From a virus: a stretch of 64,000 nt of DNA. A model generated the notes under the pieces. The model was not told where the DNA came from and did no database searches. It saw only the letters and a program-made list of their open reading frames with translations. A program made the translations under genes and the position numbers. Shown here in pieces: positions 58,243 through 64,000 of the stretch. The stretch covers positions 64,001 to 128,000 of the IMG/VR virus record IMGVR_UViG_3300027833_000015; one strand, written 5' to 3'. Position 1 is the first letter of the stretch; each line of letters opens with the position of its first letter.

Positions 58243-59454
58243 CTACTTCCTGTTAGTATTCTCCCAACCCTTGAGGATATCAGGAGAGAAATTGTTGTAC
58301 GAGAATTCCATACGGTTGACCAGTTTGACAGCACCACCACCCAGTTTGTCTATAACGACAAAACCTTCTTGGTCAGTTACTCTATAACCTTTCTTGGTCC
58401 GTACAAAAGCATCGATTCCCGCTAACTTGCTCATTCTATTTATAAGGATCAATTTCGCTAATACTATTTTCTTTTGCAATTCGAACATTTGTATTAGTGC
58501 AGCAGTGTTACCTTTCGAGAAGAACTTCAACAGCAGGTTCAACTTCTGCTGTTGTGCCTTCTTGCCTTTCTCTGACTTACGCTTGCTGATCTCTTTGGTG
58601 TATTTAGTAGTCAACCAAGATTGTAGTTTGAGGACGTGAATCTTGCTATCAGGCAGAACTGTACCTGCTCGGACAAACGTGTTGTTGTATTGCTCGATCA
58701 ATTGGGGCAACTCGGGGTGCGCTTCCAACTCACGGAGCACACCACCTGAAATCTTGCGGAATATCTTTCCTGCGTCCTTGAGGTATGCGTCCACCTTCTT
58801 GGTGTTCTCAGCAGTCATGGTCGCTGTTCCGCTGAAATCGCGCAGCATGGCATCCTGTGACCAAATCTTCTTGGTCTTCTTCAGACGCTTCACGTCCACG
58901 CCATAAGACGCTGACATATTCTCGAATGAGTCGCCTTTGTATGTGGTGTGCCACACGATACCGATCTGCGCATCACGCACTGCCTTCGCTGCTGCGTCCT
59001 TATATGGGATTGCGTACACGAGTGTGTTCGGGTGGAATGTGGTGTATTTCTCACCGTCTATCCGAGTCGCCTCAACATCCGAGGCACTGAACAGGAAGTC
59101 GCCTTGTATGACACCTTTGATGCCAAGTAGTGGTAGCAACTCAAGAGCAGCATTCATCTTCTGGTTGAGGTCACCCGAGGTGTCTGCATCAACGTCTGCT
59201 TTGGTCTTATATACTTTGGGGTTCTTGTTGAAGATACCCTTCTTGGCGACAAAGAATTTGCCATCCGATGGATCTGTTCCAGCGAATATTGCTGGTGCGC
59301 CATCCCACTTCACTGAGACGTCACCTTTGTGTTTCCCGTGAAGCATGTTGCGCAATGAGACCAGACCAGCGATTGCTTGTCGAGTCCCGTCAACTCCACC
59401 ATAGAGGACTTTGTCCTCGATGTGGGTCATGTGAGTATTCTTGTCACCTGCCAT
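58243..59454 (-). CDS. DUF6267-like protein with ligase-type nucleotidyltransferase motifs
   Basis: KNTHMTHIED, SVKWDGAPA, QGD, EGFVV, VKLVNR.EFS. Confidence 0.7.
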   Translation of the reverse strand: MAGDKNTHMTHIEDKVLYGGVDGTRQAIAGLVSLRNMLHGKHKGDVSVKWDGAPAIFAGTDPSDGKFFVAKKGIFNKNPKVYKTKADVDADTSGDLNQKMNAALELLPLLGIKGVIQGDFLFSASDVEATRIDGEKYTTFHPNTLVYAIPYKDAAAKAVRDAQIGIVWHTTYKGDSFENMSASYGVDVKRLKKTKKIWSQDAMLRDFSGTATMTAENTKKVDAYLKDAGKIFRKISGGVLRELEAHPELPQLIEQYNNTFVRAGTVLPDSKIHVLKLQSWLTTKYTKEISKRKSEKGKKAQQQKLNLLLKFFSKGNTAALIQMFELQKKIVLAKLILINRMSKLAGIDAFVRTKKGYRVTDQEGFVVIDKLGGGAVKLVNRMEFSYNNFSPDILKGWENTNRK

Positions 59455-59640
59455 CTACATACGCTCTATGATTGCAGCGATCTCATCGACCACCTTGGTG
59501 TCACGGATTGTTGCTTCTGTTTTCTCACGATACTTGACTGCGTTCCATCGCGCCAGTGCCGCTTCATTGTGGGCACGTGACTCGTATCCTACATCCAGAT
59601 CGACTCCGAGTGCTTCTGCTTCTTCTAAACTCATTTTCAT
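59455..59640 (-). CDS. Small hypothetical protein
   Basis: Packed ORF downstream of an early promoter. Confidence 0.55.
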   Translation of the reverse strand: MKMSLEEAEALGVDLDVGYESRAHNEAALARWNAVKYREKTEATIRDTKVVDEIAAIIERM

Positions 59641-59849
59641 TTCAATTCTCCATTATCATCAAATTCCATCGTACCTTCAACCAGTCTGCGACATACCTCT
59701 TGCGAGACTGCTGTGGTTCGCCTAGACACGGATGCTTTAGTGTCGTGCATCCACCGCATATTCCGCGTTCGCATTTCTGCTTCATATGCGTTATCACGCA
59801 TAGTGGCCAGTTCTTGGTTGCTAATTTCTTTCAGGTTCAACATATTCAT
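59637..59849 (-). CDS. Small hypothetical protein
   Basis: GAGGAG RBS; first gene after promoter copy C. Confidence 0.6.
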   Translation of the reverse strand: MNMLNLKEISNQELATMRDNAYEAEMRTRNMRWMHDTKASVSRRTTAVSQEVCRRLVEGTMEFDDNGELK

Positions 59850-59854
59850 TTCTC

Positions 59855-59930
59855 CTCAATTCAGACTATATTATCTCGCAAATTGAGTACAAAAGCAAGT
59901 TCCGATAAACCTAATAGAATCAATGACTTA
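59855..59930 (-). promoter_or_regulatory. Repeated early promoter cassette, copy C
   Basis: TTGCTT-17-GATAAT; AATCAATGACTTA at 59918-59930. Confidence 0.7.
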
Positions 59931-60070
59931 CGGTAGGAGGCGAGAGACGCCCTCTCGCGCCCTCGAGAGGACTCCTTCGAGTCCCTTCCCCAGCGTATCC
60001 GTGACCCTCGAAACGCTCTCTCGCGTCCTCCTCGCGCCTCCCGAGAGGAGAAATGAGGAGAAATAGGGAA
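59931..60070. other. GC-rich, multi-hairpin non-coding element
   Basis: GCGAGAG-ACGCC-CTCTCGC; GGACTC-CTTC-GAGTCC; CTCCTC...GAGGAG. Confidence 0.5.
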
Positions 60071-60102
60071 ACTTGAATGGAATCAACAGGTTATGTTTAT
60101 GC

Positions 60103-61515
60103 TCAGAATACTTTGACAAAATAACTGGACTGGTCAACGTCCGACTGTGCATAGCGAAATAACTTGGTGGCGACATCGTCTCTCTTTGTAGCACTGCCTG
60201 CCTGTACACGATCAATGAATAGCATACATATCAATTTACTATTTTTGAATTTGTAATCCTTTGCAGCAAGTTCGGCATAGAAGTCTTCTTCTTTCAGAAT
60301 CTTCTTTGATAATTTTGATTTGGAGTTGTGTTTTTTATATAAGTCCCACAGCAACTCTTGGTATGCACCATTCTTTTCATTAGACTTTATCCATGACACA
60401 AGTCCCGACTCAGTATCATAACCATTGTAGATGCCTTTACTACTTCCAAACACTTCACGACAATAGAAGTCAATATTACCACCGCCAATCTTTCCACCAG
60501 CAGCATCACCACCTTTGACTTCCCCTTGCCAAGAAGTCTCACCACTAAATGTACGAAACTGCACATCACCAACATTGGTGTGTATGTAGATATCTTGAGA
60601 GTTGAAGAACTCGCCCGTCTGCCCGAAAGTGAATCCCTCGTACTTGTAAGACTTCTGTCCAGCACGCGACTTCGGAGTGCCATATTCTTTGACCATTGCC
60701 TTTGAATTTTTTCCAACCTTCTTTAGAGAGATACCCAGCAGCGAAACTTTGGTGCCAGATCCCAAATTCCAAACTTTAGCATTGAGTTCGCCCCAACTGC
60801 TTGTGCATCCATCAAGAGGTTTGCTTGTGGGTGGTTCTGTTGATGCCCATATGTCTCCAGGATTCCACTTGTCGTTTGAGAAACTTCCAGGTGCCTGCTG
60901 GTCTTCAGATTTTTTATCTATCTTATGTGTTGTCTTTTTTGCCTCATAGAGATTCTTCATGAAGGTAGAGTCACGATGAAAGTATACTGGTGATGTCATC
61001 TTCTTGCCGAATTTTTTAAACAGTTCGTTTGCCGACTTCAGATAAACATCAGTCTCTATCCAATCTGATGGACCATTCTTTTGACAATCTTTAAGGGATG
61101 CGGATGCTTTAACATACTGTTCACCCTTCTTTAAGTTGGCATCGGACACACAATCGACTTGCTTTTTTGCGACGTTGAAGACATATGAGCAATAGTAACA
61201 TTGAAGAGACTCCGTATATTGGGTGTCTTCTGCACCACCACCAGAACCTGCACCACCACCAAAATCTTTATCTTTGAAAACTTTATTGTATGAAACAGTA
61301 GTGATGACTGATTTTTTCTTGCCAACATAATAGGATAGGGTCTTTGCTTTCTTGTCATATCTAACACCATTGACAACCTTTCCAGACTTATTCTTACCTA
61401 TAATAAATGGTCGTTTATCATCTATCTTTCTCTGAAAAATATCAGGTCTCTTGGTTCCAGCATACGGACCACCAGATGCGATTTTTGTCATATCTCCTGA
61501 TTTCAATTCTGCCAT
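60103..61515 (-). CDS. Putative PD-(D/E)xK-type nuclease
   Basis: TESLQC, DKWNPGDIW, GISLKK. Confidence 0.5.
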   Translation of the reverse strand: MAELKSGDMTKIASGGPYAGTKRPDIFQRKIDDKRPFIIGKNKSGKVVNGVRYDKKAKTLSYYVGKKKSVITTVSYNKVFKDKDFGGGAGSGGGAEDTQYTESLQCYYCSYVFNVAKKQVDCVSDANLKKGEQYVKASASLKDCQKNGPSDWIETDVYLKSANELFKKFGKKMTSPVYFHRDSTFMKNLYEAKKTTHKIDKKSEDQQAPGSFSNDKWNPGDIWASTEPPTSKPLDGCTSSWGELNAKVWNLGSGTKVSLLGISLKKVGKNSKAMVKEYGTPKSRAGQKSYKYEGFTFGQTGEFFNSQDIYIHTNVGDVQFRTFSGETSWQGEVKGGDAAGGKIGGGNIDFYCREVFGSSKGIYNGYDTESGLVSWIKSNEKNGAYQELLWDLYKKHNSKSKLSKKILKEEDFYAELAAKDYKFKNSKLICMLFIDRVQAGSATKRDDVATKLFRYAQSDVDQSSYFVKVF

Positions 61516-61584
61516 GTTATACTCCTCATAATACCCGTCGATTGAGCAGAATGCTCCTCGTCATAGGAAATCTTATCTATAACC

Positions 61585-62253
61585 TCACTTCTTGCGTCTT
61601 GCGATCACGATCAATCCAAACAATGCAGAACCAAACATCCATACTGCTGCGGGAATAGGAACTGCGCTGACATAAGAATAATCCACTTGGACATATGGTG
61701 AGTCACCGAATGCCATACAGTCGCTCCCCGATGAACACCCAGTGAATAAACTATCTGATTCAACACAGTTGCTATAGTTCCACCACCCACACTGAGCGTC
61801 TACACCATCTGAAAAGTCAATGAACACAGTGCTGTTCTCCATAAAGAGCGATGTTTGTAGTGCGTCAAGGGCAAAATCTATCTTGTACCTGTATGCATTA
61901 GTATTGTTAAACCCTTTCATTTGAATGTCGTATGCACCCATAGGTGTTATACGATTGAAGTCAATGCTGTCGCCACCACCGATATTGATGGAGGCGAATT
62001 CTGTTTCTGTGTGGTCGAAGTCGCCTTGAAGGGTGAGCGTAAAATTGCTGGTGCTGCCAACTTTATGATCACCAGTGTTGAAGTCGAAATTGAAATGTTG
62101 TCCGTCAACCGTTTGATTTTGCGATTGAGACAGAGTCGTTTGTGTTGGATCATCAAACATGGTCGGTGTAGTGATACACAGAGTTGACCCGAAAGTGTTT
62201 CCCGAAATGGCAAGCAATATGCCTAATATTAGTATTTTATCGTACATCATCAT
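61585..62253 (-). CDS. Secreted protein with VPLPA-CTERM (PEP-CTERM class) sorting signal
   Basis: N-terminal signal peptide; C-terminus AVPIPAAVWMFGSALFGLIVIARRKK. Confidence 0.85.
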   Translation of the reverse strand: MMMYDKILILGILLAISGNTFGSTLCITTPTMFDDPTQTTLSQSQNQTVDGQHFNFDFNTGDHKVGSTSNFTLTLQGDFDHTETEFASINIGGGDSIDFNRITPMGAYDIQMKGFNNTNAYRYKIDFALDALQTSLFMENSTVFIDFSDGVDAQCGWWNYSNCVESDSLFTGCSSGSDCMAFGDSPYVQVDYSYVSAVPIPAAVWMFGSALFGLIVIARRKK

Positions 62254-62275
62254 TCCCCTTTGGTTGATTCACATC

Positions 62276-62283
62276 TATTTATA
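62276..62283 (-). promoter_or_regulatory. Late promoter TATAAATA upstream of the PEP-CTERM gene
   Basis: Exact consensus. Confidence 0.65.
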
Positions 62284-62725
62284 CAATACCCATGCGCTGC
62301 TCCCAAACATATGTCAACCATGCGTCATATATGGGTTGCTCTACTGATGCTGCTTCGACTTCCCATGGTGCTTCTGATTCGTTTTGTGGGTCATACCTGA
62401 ACAACCTGCCATGCCAGTTGCACTCATCGTCCTCTCCACCCAAGGACAATTCTCTTCGTAGAAACTGCCTTGCGTGGACGAGTTCGTGCGCCACGGTCTT
62501 CATCTTATCAATCTTGCTGACCTTGCGGTCTGACATCTTCGAGGCAATATGAATTTCTGCTTCCTTGCCATCACCCCAACACAATCCATAACTATCATTC
62601 TCGAGGGTTTGATAATATGACAAGTGGATCTCACCACGGAGTTTGTCAATTCCTAACCGTTGGGCAGCAAAGAAAGTAAACCTCTCCAAATAGAGAGGTG
62701 TTCGGTTGCAGAAGTCAATGTTCAT
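62279..62725 (-). CDS. Zincin-like metallopeptidase
   Basis: TVAHELVHARQ..PWEVEA; start MNIDF coupled to the upstream stop. Confidence 0.75.
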   Translation of the reverse strand: MNIDFCNRTPLYLERFTFFAAQRLGIDKLRGEIHLSYYQTLENDSYGLCWGDGKEAEIHIASKMSDRKVSKIDKMKTVAHELVHARQFLRRELSLGGEDDECNWHGRLFRYDPQNESEAPWEVEAASVEQPIYDAWLTYVWEQRMGIV

Positions 62726-63081
62726 TGTTGACCAGATCTCAACCAGTCTTGCATGCTCTGACCCAGTTTCCACGCCTGATAGTCTATGGCATTGCCGAGT
62801 TGATTCTCTACCGTGGTCGCAGCATCGTTGCCTGCACGTGAGACCAATCTCTCTATCATGTTTGGTGCCGCTGGACCTTGCTTCAATCTCCAGCATCGGG
62901 GAACGTACAACGTGTCACCCTGCATGATGGGTTCACAATAGGACGACTCAACCTCGACCACCTTCGTGTCCGCTGGGATGGTGATGGTGCGTGTCTGCTC
63001 TGCGTCTGCATCACTACTAACAAACATTGCCAGCAGTAGTGCACCACAAACAGCAACGGGTATGTATCTTGTTGGACTCAT
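62722..63081 (-). CDS. Secreted hypothetical protein
   Basis: Signal peptide ending ADA; GGAGG RBS. Confidence 0.6.
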   Translation of the reverse strand: MSPTRYIPVAVCGALLLAMFVSSDADAEQTRTITIPADTKVVEVESSYCEPIMQGDTLYVPRCWRLKQGPAAPNMIERLVSRAGNDAATTVENQLGNAIDYQAWKLGQSMQDWLRSGQQ

Positions 63082-63082
63082 A

Positions 63083-63364
63083 TTACAATCCTCCTAATTT
63101 TAGGTATTTAAGGTGAGTGGGTAGTGCAAAGGCACCACTCCACGTGCGTTGTGCAGCGCGACGCTGCTTGATTTTTCTGCGCAGGATATTCCTACGCAGG
63201 TTGGCGAAACTTCTGTTATTACTTATAACAGTGCGCTCGAATTTTGTGTTGAGAACTGGTGAGTTCCCAGCGTACTGGCATGAAGCGTCCAGCAGACGCC
63301 AGTCCCACTGAGCGGGATTGCGTGCTTCACTACGGTCTTGCAACTGTTCGATTGTAATGCTCAT
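63083..63364 (-). CDS. Hypothetical protein
   Basis: First gene after promoter copy D. Confidence 0.6.
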   Translation of the reverse strand: MSITIEQLQDRSEARNPAQWDWRLLDASCQYAGNSPVLNTKFERTVISNNRSFANLRRNILRRKIKQRRAAQRTWSGAFALPTHLKYLKLGGL

Positions 63365-63384
63365 ATCTACTTCCTTCTGGTTTC

Positions 63385-63461
63385 ACTCAATTCAGACTAT
63401 ATTATCGCGCAATCGAGGTACAAGGACAAGTTCGTAGAACCTGAATAGAATCAACAACCTA
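63385..63461 (-). promoter_or_regulatory. Repeated early promoter cassette, copy D
   Basis: TTGTCC-17-GATAAT; AATCAACAACCTA at 63449-63461. Confidence 0.7.
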
Positions 63462-63917
63462 CACAGTTTTCTTCTTCTTGTGTGCTTGGTATGCTGCCTG
63501 ATTCTGTTTCGCAGTCGTGTATTCTAGGTTGCTTGGGTGGTGGTTGTGCTGGTCGTGATCTTTGTGATTCACCTGAAACGAGAATCTCATTTGTTTTTTG
63601 ACCGAGACAGGCGTCCGCTTCCATTCTTTCTCAGTTACACCATCTGGTACGGGCATCGATTTTCGGTTGTATGTGTCACAAACTGCGATATGCAACAAGA
63701 CTGTGCGACTTTTCCTCATTGTGCCACCTATCCTCGAGTGGGGGTTGATTATAGTTTGCATCAAACCGAGGGTCGGATAAGAGTGATTCGGACCATCTTT
63801 GGGACGATAGTTGGGTTTCAACATCCTCCCCGTCTTCTTGTTGTAGACATTACCTTCCTCGCACATAACATAATCGGGGAAGGACTCGTTGTTGTATAGG
63901 ACTGTTTTGTATGTCAT
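63459..63917 (-). CDS. HNH homing endonuclease (NUMOD4-like N-terminus)
   Basis: FPDYVMCEEGNVY, LHIAV, QVNHKDHDQHNHHPSNLEYTTAKQN; probable start MTYKT. Confidence 0.85.
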   Translation of the reverse strand: MTYKTVLYNNESFPDYVMCEEGNVYNKKTGRMLKPNYRPKDGPNHSYPTLGLMQTIINPHSRIGGTMRKSRTVLLHIAVCDTYNRKSMPVPDGVTEKEWKRTPVSVKKQMRFSFQVNHKDHDQHNHHPSNLEYTTAKQNQAAYQAHKKKKTV

Positions 63918-64000
63918 AATTAGATCCCTGCCCAGCATAAACTCAGTTCCTCGTCATCAACGTGACCCCGAGCAAAGTTCAGTGCTGGAGCATGCCAAGA

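Noticed and set aside
59928-60215. 95-aa minus-strand ORF or a tRNA in the GC-rich island
   Set aside because: The ORF overlaps the nuclease-like gene out of frame and has low-complexity composition; no cloverleaf with T-loop and D-loop consensus is visible.
62726-62896. N-terminal extension of the zincin ORF
   Set aside because: It overlaps the upstream secreted-protein gene; ATGA coupling supports a start at 62725.
1-64000. Stop-codon reassignment
   Set aside because: Core genes are full length under the standard code, and TAA, TAG and TGA all serve as stops.

Overview
A 64-kb segment of a T4-like myophage genome, probably aquatic and infecting a Gram-negative proteobacterium (inferred from spanins, IHF-consensus sites and a VPLPA/PEP-CTERM protein). 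Nearly all genes are on the minus strand. From left to right it contains: (1) a baseplate/tail module (DUF4815/VrlC-like giant protein, gp8, extended gp7-like, gp6, gp25, split gp5 region with an amidase, hub, gp53, gp48, gp4, tape-measure-like, gp26 plus a gp51-like ORF, gp54/19-like, gp2); (2) gp32 and gp33; (3) small early genes; (4) a glycosyltransferase/methyltransferase/carbamoyltransferase cluster; (5) holin-like gene, lysozyme, phoH, and nrdB-2OG oxygenase-nrdA; (6) a block of probable head-packaged proteins, spanins, a nucleotidyltransferase and a ligase-like protein; (7) a PEP-CTERM protein and an HNH endonuclease. The most notable observations are: Lys-rich modular polyproteins whose modules are separated by a linker conserved at DNA level (ESVEQVDE, a putative prohead-protease site), sitting among genes with capsid-targeting-like leaders; a likely programmed -1 frameshift joining gp26 to a start-less gp51-like ORF just upstream of the tape-measure-like gene; and a repeated IHF-site/sigma70 promoter cassette. 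All family assignments come from motif recognition by eye, not from database searches.
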